DNA of 64,000 nucleotides from a virus (taxonomy: Duplodnaviria; Caudoviricetes), in IMG/VR virus record IMGVR_UViG_3300034170_000057, one strand, 5' to 3'. This document shows, piece after piece, positions 36,446 through 45,415 of this stretch; within the stretch, counting starts at the first letter, position 1; the number at the start of each line of letters is the position of its first letter. Made by a program: the position numbers and the translations under genes. Below the pieces are notes generated by a model that was not told where the DNA came from, searched no databases, and worked only from the letters and a program-made list of their open reading frames with translations.

Positions 36446-36892
36446 TTATAACGCTAGGCCGATAATTGCTAGCGCCTGCCAAAAAATCTTCTCAACTGCC
36501 CACCAGCGCTTATCGTTTTGGTGATCGTCAAATTCTTGCAAGTATTTCGTGTAGTTGTCGTTTGCGCGGCCTTCTTGCTGCTTCGCAATATCCACCATCA
36601 AATTGTACTGGTCAATTGTCTGGTTATGCGCCGTAGCCAAAAGATTCAGCCCGTCCGTATTTTTCTTGGATTGTTTTGCATAGTCGCTCAACTGATCCAA
36701 TTGCGTCAGCGTGAAGCCCGCGTACTCAACTCCGTTGGCTTGAATCGACAGCGGCGTCGGCCTTTCGGGTAGTGACGCCTGCAACGTAATTTTGTCCAAC
36801 TTTTTCAATTGCATGTTCGACTGCGGAGGCTGCGGGGTCTGGAGTGAACACGCCTGAAGGGACAGCAATACCACCAGAATTAACCATTTCAT
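36446..36892 (-). CDS. Lipoprotein with hydrophobic C-terminus, putative spanin
   Basis: SD AGGA; MKWLILVVLLSLQA-C lipobox; coiled coil; C-term IFWQALAIIGLAL. Confidence 0.6.
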   Translation of the reverse strand: MKWLILVVLLSLQACSLQTPQPPQSNMQLKKLDKITLQASLPERPTPLSIQANGVEYAGFTLTQLDQLSDYAKQSKKNTDGLNLLATAHNQTIDQYNLMVDIAKQQEGRANDNYTKYLQEFDDHQNDKRWWAVEKIFWQALAIIGLAL

Positions 36893-37232
36893 TTTGCGCG
36901 TCCTGTATTTTGGATAGGGCCACACGCACGTCGATAGGAAGCGGCGGTCGGCCAATCATCGAATCGGCAGCAATACCGATTGCGAAATAAGTCGCTTTGC
37001 CTACGCCCGGTTCGATGATAATGGTCGTGATAAATACTGCAATTGCACCAGCAAAAACCAGAACAGTACCCTTCAAATCGTCAAGCCAGTAAGAACTGAG
37101 CTTGATCCCTTCTTTTTTGCATTTCCAAATCCAGTTAACAATCACACCCGCCAGAACGCAGAAGAAAAAACCGCCTGCGTCTTCCAACGGAATCTCAATC
37201 ATTTTTTCAATGCTCTTAACGAGAAATTCCAC
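36726..37232 (-). CDS. Multi-TM membrane protein, putative holin
   Basis: SD AGGAG before GTG 37232; 2-3 hydrophobic helices; soluble tail overlaps lipoprotein gene by 167 nt in another frame. Confidence 0.55.
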   Translation of the reverse strand: MEFLVKSIEKMIEIPLEDAGGFFFCVLAGVIVNWIWKCKKEGIKLSSYWLDDLKGTVLVFAGAIAVFITTIIIEPGVGKATYFAIGIAADSMIGRPPLPIDVRVALSKIQDAQNEMVNSGGIAVPSGVFTPDPAASAVEHAIEKVGQNYVAGVTTRKADAAVDSSQRS

Positions 37233-37234
37233 TT

Positions 37235-37501
37235 CTAATCTCCTGCTTTTTTCCAAGCGTCAATCGCGCTTGCCATATCCTTCGACTCCGTTTTTGGAAC
37301 GGGTTTCAGGGTTTCTACGATGTGTTCTTGTTCCGCCTGAATCGGTGCAATCTGCACCTTGTCTTCCAGTCTGTCGCCCTTGAAAGTGTCGGCTGCATCG
37401 GGTTGCGGTTTTTCCTTACGTTGAAAAACTACGGCTGCAATAGACAGCACGAAGATAATCGCGGTCAGCAAATAACCCCCGTATTTTTTAAGTGTTTCCA
37501 T
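37235..37501 (-). CDS. Type II membrane protein, putative i-spanin-like
   Basis: N-term TM YLLTAIIFVLSIAAVVF then short hydrophilic domain; in lysis-like cassette. Confidence 0.5.
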   Translation of the reverse strand: METLKKYGGYLLTAIIFVLSIAAVVFQRKEKPQPDAADTFKGDRLEDKVQIAPIQAEQEHIVETLKPVPKTESKDMASAIDAWKKAGD

Positions 37502-37504
37502 TTT

Positions 37505-37672
37505 TTAGAGCCCCTGCTTAGTGAATGGCGTTTCGCTGTTACGGCCTTGGCCTGCCGTCAGGCCTTCGTCGTCGATAGTGTCCTGACGATTAATAACCTT
37601 TTTTGTAAGCCGTTTCATTTTGCGTTTCATCGCTTCATTTTTCACAGGTTTTGCATCAATCCAGACCAGCAT
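37505..37672 (-). CDS. Small basic protein (55 aa), absent from the ORF track
   Basis: SD GGGGGAGG; MLVWIDAKPVKNEAMKRKMKRLTKKVINRQDTIDDEGLTAGQGRNSETPFTKQGL; TAA 3 nt before next ATG. Confidence 0.65.
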   Translation of the reverse strand: MLVWIDAKPVKNEAMKRKMKRLTKKVINRQDTIDDEGLTAGQGRNSETPFTKQGL

Positions 37673-37689
37673 ATTTTGTGCCTCCCCCG

Positions 37690-37722
37690 AAACAAAGAAA
37701 AGAAAGGGGGCACAAGGCCCCC
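37690..37722 (-). terminator. Intrinsic terminator after virion repeat protein
   Basis: On - strand GGGGG-CCTTGTG-CCCCC-TTTCTTTTCTTTG. Confidence 0.75.
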
Positions 37723-37739
37723 GATCTAGTTACCGCTTG

Positions 37740-39395
37740 TTACGCGGTGGTTTTCAACCAGCTAACCGAGGCGCGCAGAGTAGCAGCGGACGCCAAGGTA
37801 ACAACCAGTTCGTTTACCGAAGTAAACTCGATGCTGTCAGCGATCACGATCTGGTTAGTAACCGGGTCAATCAGCTGCACCATCGGCCAACGGAAATTCA
37901 AACCGTGGGTGATGGTGTGAGTGGTGGACGAAGTGGCGCCCGAAGAGAAAGCGAAGAACGAAGCGGCAACTTGCGTGTGAAGTGCAGTTGCTGCGTCGGT
38001 GATCGGAGTCAGGTCGGCGGCTTTCAGGAAACCTTGTGCGGTTTGTGCAGCCGGGGTCACATAAGTGCCCGACAAATCACCAACTTTAATACCGTTGGCA
38101 CCAACCAGAATCGAAGCATTTTCTGCTTTCACAGAAACCACGTCGCCGGTTTTCGCGATACCGTCGCCAGCGGTGAAACCAGTCAGGCCGCCAAACTCGG
38201 CCCAGTTGGAACCGTCGTAACGCAGGAACATCGAATCGGCACGATTCCAAACCAGAGCGCCGGGGCCTGCAACAGAAACGTCGTAGGCAACGGAAACAAC
38301 GGCACCCGCGCCATCAACAACCACGATATCGCCAACGCTGGCAGCAACACCAGTAGCGAATTTCGAACCGTCGATGTAAATGTAACGGCCAGCGGTCGCA
38401 ACGAATTCCGATTCCAGACCGAGAATGTCAGCTTGGAAATCCAGACCGGACAGCGCATTTGCAATCGCGTTGTTAACCTGAGTGGTCGAAGCCAGTCCGG
38501 TTACGGCAGTGGAAATCTCGGTGGTAACGTCCGCGCTTTTTGCGTAGTCAACCAACGCAGCAACAACAGCCGCGTTTACTTCGGTTGCGTCTTGGAAATC
38601 GGCGGTCGCGGCAGTGATTGCAGCGCTCACTTGTGCGGCGGATTGCAGACCAGAAACGGCGGTGCCGATTGCGGTGGTTTGTGCGGCTGGGGTCACGTAG
38701 GTGGCGGAAAGGTCGCCAACTTTCAAACCGGTCGCGCTTTTAACGAGCGAAGCGCCATCGAGTTTTACCGAAACAACGTCACCGGTTTTTTCGATACCGT
38801 CACCGGCAGTAAAGCCAGTCAGGCCGCCGAATTCAGCCCAATCAGTGCCGTTCCAACGCAGCCACTTGGTGCCCGCACGATCCCATGCCAAAGCACCCGG
38901 ACCAGCTGCGGAAACATCGTAGGCAACAGTCAGGATTTGACCGGCTGCGTTAACGGTGACGATATCGCCAGCCGATGCAGCAACGCCAGTGGCGAAGTTA
39001 GTACCGTTGACGTAAATGTAACGACCAGCAGTCGCAGCGAAGTCGCTTTCGAGGCCCAGCACGTCGGCTTGGAAATCCAGACCGGCCAGTGCGTTGTCGA
39101 TTGCGTTCTGCATTTCGGTGCCAGAAACCAGATCGGTTACGGCACTGGTGATTGCAGTGTTTACGTCTGCGGTTTTTGCGTAGGGAGTCAGCGCCGTTAC
39201 AACGTCGGCTGCGGATACGCCAGCAGCATCAACAACGTCGGTGCCGTTGAAGAGTTTCAGGGTTTTGGATACGGTGTTGTACCAGAGACGCGATTCAACC
39301 AACGCGACACCAGTAGGATCGACCGCAAGGTTTTCTGGTTTCAGGTTCAGAACCTGACCAGCAATGCGAACGCTACCATTAATGTTTGCAGCCAT
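37740..39395 (-). CDS. Abundant virion fibre/decoration protein with two ~160-aa internal repeats
   Basis: GLDFQAD.LGLES.F.ATAGRYIY...WAEFGGLTGFTAGDGI.KTGDVVSVK...YVTPAAQT twice; strong codon bias; Ala/Thr/Gly-rich. Confidence 0.75.
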   Translation of the reverse strand: MAANINGSVRIAGQVLNLKPENLAVDPTGVALVESRLWYNTVSKTLKLFNGTDVVDAAGVSAADVVTALTPYAKTADVNTAITSAVTDLVSGTEMQNAIDNALAGLDFQADVLGLESDFAATAGRYIYVNGTNFATGVAASAGDIVTVNAAGQILTVAYDVSAAGPGALAWDRAGTKWLRWNGTDWAEFGGLTGFTAGDGIEKTGDVVSVKLDGASLVKSATGLKVGDLSATYVTPAAQTTAIGTAVSGLQSAAQVSAAITAATADFQDATEVNAAVVAALVDYAKSADVTTEISTAVTGLASTTQVNNAIANALSGLDFQADILGLESEFVATAGRYIYIDGSKFATGVAASVGDIVVVDGAGAVVSVAYDVSVAGPGALVWNRADSMFLRYDGSNWAEFGGLTGFTAGDGIAKTGDVVSVKAENASILVGANGIKVGDLSGTYVTPAAQTAQGFLKAADLTPITDAATALHTQVAASFFAFSSGATSSTTHTITHGLNFRWPMVQLIDPVTNQIVIADSIEFTSVNELVVTLASAATLRASVSWLKTTA

Positions 39396-39414
39396 GATTT
39401 TAAGCCTCTTTGCT

Positions 39415-40206
39415 TTATGCTGGATTGTGCGGGGTTTCTACATCAATAATATCGACGTATTCTGCGCACCGCTTCAAAAGGGTTGCCAGCGGTTCATCCC
39501 CTTCGATCACACCGGAATAACTGAGATTGCAGGTGGAATGATTTTTTACGAGGGTAGGCAGTTTGCGGCAAGCAATGGTGTTGTAGTATTTGATCCTTTC
39601 TTCACACATGAACACGCCTGTTTTATAAAAATAATCCAGTGCGAAATTGTCCACGTATATGACCATGCGATTGCTGTTGGAACGGTTGGTGCTGCAACGG
39701 TCTTCGACAAAATCACCACCTAACAGGCAGTCGATTTCGTAGAGTTCGTACATGCAGTTTTGCAGGTTCGATCCGAGGGCCGCCATGATAATGGGGTAAG
39801 CCTCAAGGTGCGATTGACCTTCAACACTGCGGATCAGAGTCTGAAATGCCTTGCGAGTGTGGGCATTAACGGCGTACCAAATCTCGATAAACTTCGGCAA
39901 AAACAAATGCGTATTTTCTTCAAAGATTTGCTTGTGCCGTGCCTGCACTTCTTGCTCAACTTCCAGAGTCGCTTCAATTTCTTGTCGTGTCAGGGTCGGG
40001 CGATTCAGGAATATCTGTTCGATATCGCTGGCCCATCTGCTGTACGAATTGAAAAGCAAAAGCAGCGTTTCTTTCGCTGCTTCACTGAATTGATTTTGCT
40101 CGTTAATCACCACGTTGAGCATGTAGGCTTTCACACCATAGAAATGCTCAAGCGAGTAGGCGGCGACAGAACGGAAACGGATATTGTTAGGAGTGAAAGG
40201 TGCCAT
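39415..40206 (-). CDS. Hypothetical cytoplasmic protein (263 aa)
   Basis: ORF with SD GAGG; no TM; non-structural composition. Confidence 0.75.
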   Translation of the reverse strand: MAPFTPNNIRFRSVAAYSLEHFYGVKAYMLNVVINEQNQFSEAAKETLLLLFNSYSRWASDIEQIFLNRPTLTRQEIEATLEVEQEVQARHKQIFEENTHLFLPKFIEIWYAVNAHTRKAFQTLIRSVEGQSHLEAYPIIMAALGSNLQNCMYELYEIDCLLGGDFVEDRCSTNRSNSNRMVIYVDNFALDYFYKTGVFMCEERIKYYNTIACRKLPTLVKNHSTCNLSYSGVIEGDEPLATLLKRCAEYVDIIDVETPHNPA

Positions 40207-40213
40207 AAGAGCC

Positions 40214-40696
40214 TCAAACGCCGCGTGGCGGATTGCCGCGCTGCATGCCTAATCCCAGCATCAAGCCGGTAACTTGACTTTGTTTATCGCTTACATCAGA
40301 AACCGTGCGCAAAATGCGTTCCGAGTTGCGTTCAAGGGACTCAAGCAAATTCAAAAGCTCGGCACGTTCCCTCGGGTCTTCCTTACCTATGTTGTTGCGA
40401 ATGTCGTTGACTTGCATCATTAACGAATCGCACACAGCGGCTAACGATGTGAGAGCCTGTGTATTCGGGTGTTTTACCACGCCGAGAATTTCGTCCAAGT
40501 CGTCTTGCATTTTCTTGATTGCATCGACGCTTTGGCTGTAGCTGTTATCGAAGTTTTCAGCACGCTTGCGGAGGGATTTTACTTCCTCGTGCATTGGTAG
40601 CACGAACATCCAACCGACAACCAGCAGTATTAAATTGAAACCAATCGCCAAACTTACCGGGATCGGGCTTGAGTAAAGAACGTCAATCGCTCCCAT
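40214..40696 (-). CDS. Single-TM membrane protein with coiled-coil soluble domain (holin-like or spanin-like)
   Basis: IPVSLAIGFNLILLVVGWMFVLP then heptad-rich region. Confidence 0.65.
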   Translation of the reverse strand: MGAIDVLYSSPIPVSLAIGFNLILLVVGWMFVLPMHEEVKSLRKRAENFDNSYSQSVDAIKKMQDDLDEILGVVKHPNTQALTSLAAVCDSLMMQVNDIRNNIGKEDPRERAELLNLLESLERNSERILRTVSDVSDKQSQVTGLMLGLGMQRGNPPRGV

Positions 40697-41018
40697 CGGC
40701 GCACCTATCTGTGGTTGGGGTAAATTGTACCGTCACAGCGTCTTCAAATTCGCTGATTGTTATTTTTGTTATTTTCGGCTTTTGTATTAAGCAGGCGTCC
40801 CCAGCCCCCGGAAGATCACTGCATATTTTTACGATGCATTCATAAGTCTCGCGCACCGTCGCTTTTGGTGGCCTGCCCCAGTTAAAGGACATTACCAACC
40901 AAAGCAATACGGCGACAATGCACAAGATTATTCCTTTGCTAATCGTCGAACGTGTGAGAATTGACACGGTAGAATTTCCCTGCCGACTGCGAATATAAAT
41001 CCAATCTACCCAGTACAC
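40683..41018 (-). CDS. Small single-TM membrane protein (start may be GTG 40967)
   Basis: GIILCIVAVLLWLVMSFNW; Cys-containing soluble tail. Confidence 0.6.
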   Translation of the reverse strand: MYWVDWIYIRSRQGNSTVSILTRSTISKGIILCIVAVLLWLVMSFNWGRPPKATVRETYECIVKICSDLPGAGDACLIQKPKITKITISEFEDAVTVQFTPTTDRCADGSD

Positions 41019-41700
41019 GCAATCGGTCGAGGTTTACGCAAACGCTTTTGGAATTTCCTCCAGCGATGACCGTGCTTACGTCTATTGGATCAGCTGTAGG
41101 GCCGACCGCAAGTGCCGTTTTGAAACCTTCATAACAGATACCGACCTCAACGTGGCCCGTCCTGTGTGCTGTCACAGTTTCTTCGATTGTCAGATACGAA
41201 CGTTTGTCGCCCCAAGAATCCTGCATCATGAATACGTTAATCACTATGAAACCCTTCGGCTTTTTCCGAAGTTCAACAAGTGTTTTACGCAAATCATACT
41301 CGGTGCGGATTTCAAACTCTTCGGGCTTCAAACTTTCGAATACTTTCTTGCGTTCTTGTGCAAGGCGGCCCGTGCCTTGTAGCAAATAGACTGGCATTCC
41401 CGACAGGACTGCGGGCAATTCAAACTGAGTCAGGACCGGAATATATTTCGATTCCATATCCTGCGGCTGTCCGAGTACCACAATCTTGTCGAACTTGTGG
41501 GCGGCTGCGTATTGTGACACGGCATTTTTAACTTCGCTAGAGTTAGCATCCCGTTCCAGAAAGATCACGTTTTTTGCATCCATTTCATTTAGAAACGTTG
41601 ACCCGTAAAGGTCCGTGATCGTCTTGGATTGTACGAACAATTCTTGGCCCACAAGAATCGAACTATATAGATAAATTAATGAGAGAAGAATAAAGCGCAT
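40939..41700 (-). CDS. Exported protein, possible periplasmic-binding-protein type I fold
   Basis: SD AAGGA; signal peptide MRFILLSLIYLYSSILVG; alternating alpha/beta (KFDKIVVLG, KGFIVINV); C-term VNLDRLRVLG like ABC_sub_bind family end. Confidence 0.45.
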   Translation of the reverse strand: MRFILLSLIYLYSSILVGQELFVQSKTITDLYGSTFLNEMDAKNVIFLERDANSSEVKNAVSQYAAAHKFDKIVVLGQPQDMESKYIPVLTQFELPAVLSGMPVYLLQGTGRLAQERKKVFESLKPEEFEIRTEYDLRKTLVELRKKPKGFIVINVFMMQDSWGDKRSYLTIEETVTAHRTGHVEVGICYEGFKTALAVGPTADPIDVSTVIAGGNSKSVCVNLDRLRVLGRLDLYSQSAGKFYRVNSHTFDD

Positions 41701-41714
41701 TGTAGATTTCCTTA

Positions 41715-44087
41715 TCAGAATTGCCATACCTGATATGCAGTGTCGGTGCCAACCAGCATACGTTTTTGCTGGGGCCATTGCATAGCCCAAGCGTAGTTAC
41801 CGCCGCTCAAATAGGCTTTTGGATTTTGGCCAATGGTTGCTGTAATGGCGTTCACGTATACTTGTGCCTGTGCCTGTGTTGCACTCGGATTATCCGCGCC
41901 AATTTCGCTAACGAAGAAAGTACCATCGTCTAGAATCACCATGCGCGTACCAAGGTGCATAATCTCATCATAGACTTTTGGCAAATCCGCCAACAGAATA
42001 GGAGTACCTTGTGCAACAGGAACATAAATCAGTTTGGAAACACCAGTCGCCGCATTTTTCGGGCGCACATAGAAAACGTTATTACCCACATAAGAAACCT
42101 GAAGGTTAGTTGTGAGTCCCATGGCGTAACCGGTAAACGTCGTGGGGTCGCCCCAGCTCACGTAAAGGTTGCCACCGGTGACTGACGTACTGGTCGTAGA
42201 AACAATTGCGTTCGTGTTGTAGTCCCAAAAATCGTAGGCCTGCACAACGTTTGCAGTGTAGCGAGAAAGCAGAGCATACGTGGACATATCCAACGAATAC
42301 CTACGAACGTAGTTCGCATACAACATCCAAATATAACCTTTGAATTTGAATAGCATTCCGGTATTGTAAGTATTTGCTGGTGCGGTCTCTGCGTAAGAAA
42401 CCCCGCCATTAATGGAAAGGTACGCCTTCGATCCCATCGCATGCAACGAAATGAATTTATCATCCACCATACTCTGCGCGATGTACGGGGAAGCATCTGC
42501 TGGACGGGTGTATTCCGTAATGGTCAAATCAGGTTCCATCACGCGCACTTTGGCTAGGCTAGGCATTAATGCCCTGCGCCCACGCGCCATAAATTGTGGC
42601 TGCATGAATCCTGTATAAGGAACGTCGGTAGGACCAGAATCTAGGAGGGTGCCGGTCAGCGGAAATGGTGGTTCACTTGGCGTAATCGAAATGGTTTCAG
42701 GATAAAAATCATGCACGTATTTCGCATAATTCAAAATCTGGAATCCGTTAATGTTTCCGCCCAGTAGGAAAGTCTTTGCGCCAGTGGCATATGGATCAAA
42801 CCGCCAATGTCCAATTTGTAAACCCTTTCCTGAATGGGCAAATACAGTACCGGCAGCAGTGGCTTTTGCCGACAGTTTACCGTTCTGGAAACAGCGCCAT
42901 ACATTTCCTTTTCGTGTGATCGCAACATGCGTCCACTTGTCAGTTTCCCATGCTCCCCAGTTACTCAGGTTGACTGCATAGGAGGTTCCATCCATCGACG
43001 CAAGAAACTGAAAGGTTTTACTGGCAGTTGCCGATAGCATAATCGCAGAAGTAGCTGTGCCGCTTGCAGTCCCGCCCTTGTTGAAAAGGACGCATGTTCC
43101 AGAAGGCGCGTTATTTATTTTCACGAATAATTCAATCGTGAAGTCGTTGGCACCCAATTGAATATTCGCAGAGTCGTCGGTCTGTAGCGACGAAGAAGAA
43201 GCGCTATCGAATAGGAGGCTCTTCCCGGCTGCGCCGTAGGGAGAATCTGCAACAGAAGTCACAGCAGTAATAGACGATATAGCCAATCCCTTTTTCAAAT
43301 CGAAATCAGCGGTCGTAACTCCCGAACCCGGCGCCATCAAAAGAAGGTCGGCGTAGTCGGTATTTGTTGTGGGTGGCAAAGTCCATTTAAACGGACGGAC
43401 CAATTCAGGAAACGCAGTCGGATGGTAATGATTAATTGTGTAATCATTTTTCATGTCCGTGCCGAGAATCTGATCCCCCACATCACGGAAACCCTGCATT
43501 GGACTAGGTAGGGTCTTGGCCGCCGCACCGTCGTAGCTGTAAGTTCCATCGGCATAGAACACAACGAATTTTCCGTTGTGATCGTGTGATACATAAACGA
43601 TTTCTTTTGCGGAAGCGACTGGCGTCAAAACCAGATTGGAATAGGCAGAGGTAATGGTTCGTGCGCGATTGTAGATCATGTATCGGCCAGCAGCACACAC
43701 CACACGATCATCGTCGGTTACTGCGACCGTCAGGTTTGTTACGGATGAATCAATTACTTGCACAGCCCCGGACGCCAGAGCAACCATTACGATTTGGCCC
43801 GTGTCCGCGATGCTGAATGCACCGATATTATTATCGAATGTTTCCTGTACACCATCGCGCACCCGAACCGTTTTGGTTTTGGTCTGCACAGCAATGTATT
43901 CGCCGCTTGGGCTAATCCGGATTTGATGCACGTCCGAAACCTGTGTGGTCGGGACGGTCAACGTAAGGTTCGAATTCGATTTGTTTTTCAGGTATTTCGA
44001 GATGATGCCATCCTGATAAACGGCAACATGGTTAATTCCCTGCGCGGCGAACTGACTCGGCAGGGTGATCGTATTCAGTAACTTCAT
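41715..44087 (-). CDS. Tail fibre / receptor-binding protein with LamG (concanavalin A-like) domain and propeller-like flanks
   Basis: SLLFD...GANDFTIELFVK...WTHVAITRKGNVWRCFQNGK...GNINGFQI; N-term QIRISPSGEYIAV. Confidence 0.75.
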   Translation of the reverse strand: MKLLNTITLPSQFAAQGINHVAVYQDGIISKYLKNKSNSNLTLTVPTTQVSDVHQIRISPSGEYIAVQTKTKTVRVRDGVQETFDNNIGAFSIADTGQIVMVALASGAVQVIDSSVTNLTVAVTDDDRVVCAAGRYMIYNRARTITSAYSNLVLTPVASAKEIVYVSHDHNGKFVVFYADGTYSYDGAAAKTLPSPMQGFRDVGDQILGTDMKNDYTINHYHPTAFPELVRPFKWTLPPTTNTDYADLLLMAPGSGVTTADFDLKKGLAISSITAVTSVADSPYGAAGKSLLFDSASSSSLQTDDSANIQLGANDFTIELFVKINNAPSGTCVLFNKGGTASGTATSAIMLSATASKTFQFLASMDGTSYAVNLSNWGAWETDKWTHVAITRKGNVWRCFQNGKLSAKATAAGTVFAHSGKGLQIGHWRFDPYATGAKTFLLGGNINGFQILNYAKYVHDFYPETISITPSEPPFPLTGTLLDSGPTDVPYTGFMQPQFMARGRRALMPSLAKVRVMEPDLTITEYTRPADASPYIAQSMVDDKFISLHAMGSKAYLSINGGVSYAETAPANTYNTGMLFKFKGYIWMLYANYVRRYSLDMSTYALLSRYTANVVQAYDFWDYNTNAIVSTTSTSVTGGNLYVSWGDPTTFTGYAMGLTTNLQVSYVGNNVFYVRPKNAATGVSKLIYVPVAQGTPILLADLPKVYDEIMHLGTRMVILDDGTFFVSEIGADNPSATQAQAQVYVNAITATIGQNPKAYLSGGNYAWAMQWPQQKRMLVGTDTAYQVWQF

Positions 44088-44100
44088 TAGTCGCCCCTTG

Positions 44101-44130
44101 AATAAATGCCCCGATTTCTCAGGGCATTTT
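44101..44130 (-). terminator. Stem-loop/terminator upstream of LamG fibre gene
   Basis: On - strand AAATGCCC-TGAGAAATC-GGGGCATTT-ATT, then SD AGGGG. Confidence 0.5.
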
Positions 44131-44203
44131 GTGCATCAGTCGTAAATCGTGTCTGGCTCGAAGTTTGCGGTCCAAGCGGTGCCGCTAGGGTAACGCTCGA
44201 TAA

Positions 44204-45400
44204 TTAGCCCCACACTTCGGCGTTCTGCCGGTCGATTGCATAAACCTTATTCGGGTCTTTGTAATCGTGTTCGTATCCGAAGTTAAAAGCGCTAAAAGAT
44301 TGAGCGGTCACAATTGGAACCCCGACGTTAAATACTTTCCACGTCGAAGAGGGCACCATTTTATTCCCGAAAACTTTCTGCCCCGCAATCGTCACATACG
44401 GATGCAGGCCCAGTCCGTCACCAGCAGGAAACAAACGCTTTGCCTGAATATTTATTGCTGCCGCGTAGGGTTTTTTCGTAGCAACCCGCGTGCCGGTGAA
44501 ATCGTTTCGAACGTAGGGCAGAGGTGAAACCAAACTGCCATACATAAACGTATCGGTTTCGTTGGTCGGCCCCGTCGCAAATTTGCTAATGATTTGCAGC
44601 GGCGTATAAGTGGCGACCGGATTTGTTACGGTTTCCAGTGTGGCTACCGTTGCAACCGGTTCTGTTTTCGCACGCTTGCGCCCGATCCGCTGGCCGAAAC
44701 CATCGGTGTTATCCGCAAGGATTAAGCTATGCATGTAAATGCCAAACGATTGGTTATTAGCATTTACCATTTTACTGACAGAAATTGCGAATTCTTTCAC
44801 ATTGATATTGGTGCGTGTTTGACGCAACTGCATCACGTTATTAATCCACAATTCCATGTAATCCGGGCCGAGTACCACGTCTAGATAAGAAAGCACTGTG
44901 GCAGGCTTATAATAGGCCTTCACAGTCGTGGGAACGTTGTTAAACGTATAGAAACCGTTGGTATCGACGCCTACCGTGTACAGGTAATTCGTGCCTACAC
45001 CATCGGTTGCAGTGAAAACCGTTTGATCCGGAGTATTTCCAAAGAATAGGAAGTTACCGGAAAGCTCATACGGCCCGGCAAATTCCATGGTCAATCCGAA
45101 ATAAAGTGTGTCACCTTCATAACTGATCAACTTGCGAAATCCAGATGCGTCGGGGCTTTGTGTATCCGTGCTGCCATGGGCCACACAAAGCGCTTTTTTA
45201 GTCGTGTCATACAGCAGGGAATACCCGACGTAGGATACGCTAAGCGACACATACGACGGGGTATAAATACCGAGGCATTGTACTTCGCCACGATAACTCT
45301 GGACATGCGAGTTATTGAATAGTTGCAGGATACCAGCACCACTTAGGCTAGTGCTGGCGGTTGACCATTGCTGAAAATCATCAGCAAAAATAAGTGCCAT
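44204..45400 (-). CDS. Virion structural protein, paralog of 45416..46486
   Basis: MALIFADDFQQW; concanavalin-like core YLDVVLGPDYMELWINN; C-term AAAINIQAKR...FNFGY. Confidence 0.7.
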   Translation of the reverse strand: MALIFADDFQQWSTASTSLSGAGILQLFNNSHVQSYRGEVQCLGIYTPSYVSLSVSYVGYSLLYDTTKKALCVAHGSTDTQSPDASGFRKLISYEGDTLYFGLTMEFAGPYELSGNFLFFGNTPDQTVFTATDGVGTNYLYTVGVDTNGFYTFNNVPTTVKAYYKPATVLSYLDVVLGPDYMELWINNVMQLRQTRTNINVKEFAISVSKMVNANNQSFGIYMHSLILADNTDGFGQRIGRKRAKTEPVATVATLETVTNPVATYTPLQIISKFATGPTNETDTFMYGSLVSPLPYVRNDFTGTRVATKKPYAAAINIQAKRLFPAGDGLGLHPYVTIAGQKVFGNKMVPSSTWKVFNVGVPIVTAQSFSAFNFGYEHDYKDPNKVYAIDRQNAEVWG

Positions 45401-45415
45401 AAACTTCCCCTTAAA

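Noticed and set aside
37990-39230. Long direct repeats within the virion gene as a possible DGR template/variable pair or recombination cassette
   Set aside because: Both copies are in frame in the same protein and differ at all base types (ordinary internal duplication)
37620-39449. 609-aa + strand ORF
   Set aside because: Near-exact antisense shadow of the strongly codon-biased virion gene 37740..39395; R/S/C/N-rich, no SD or recognisable domain
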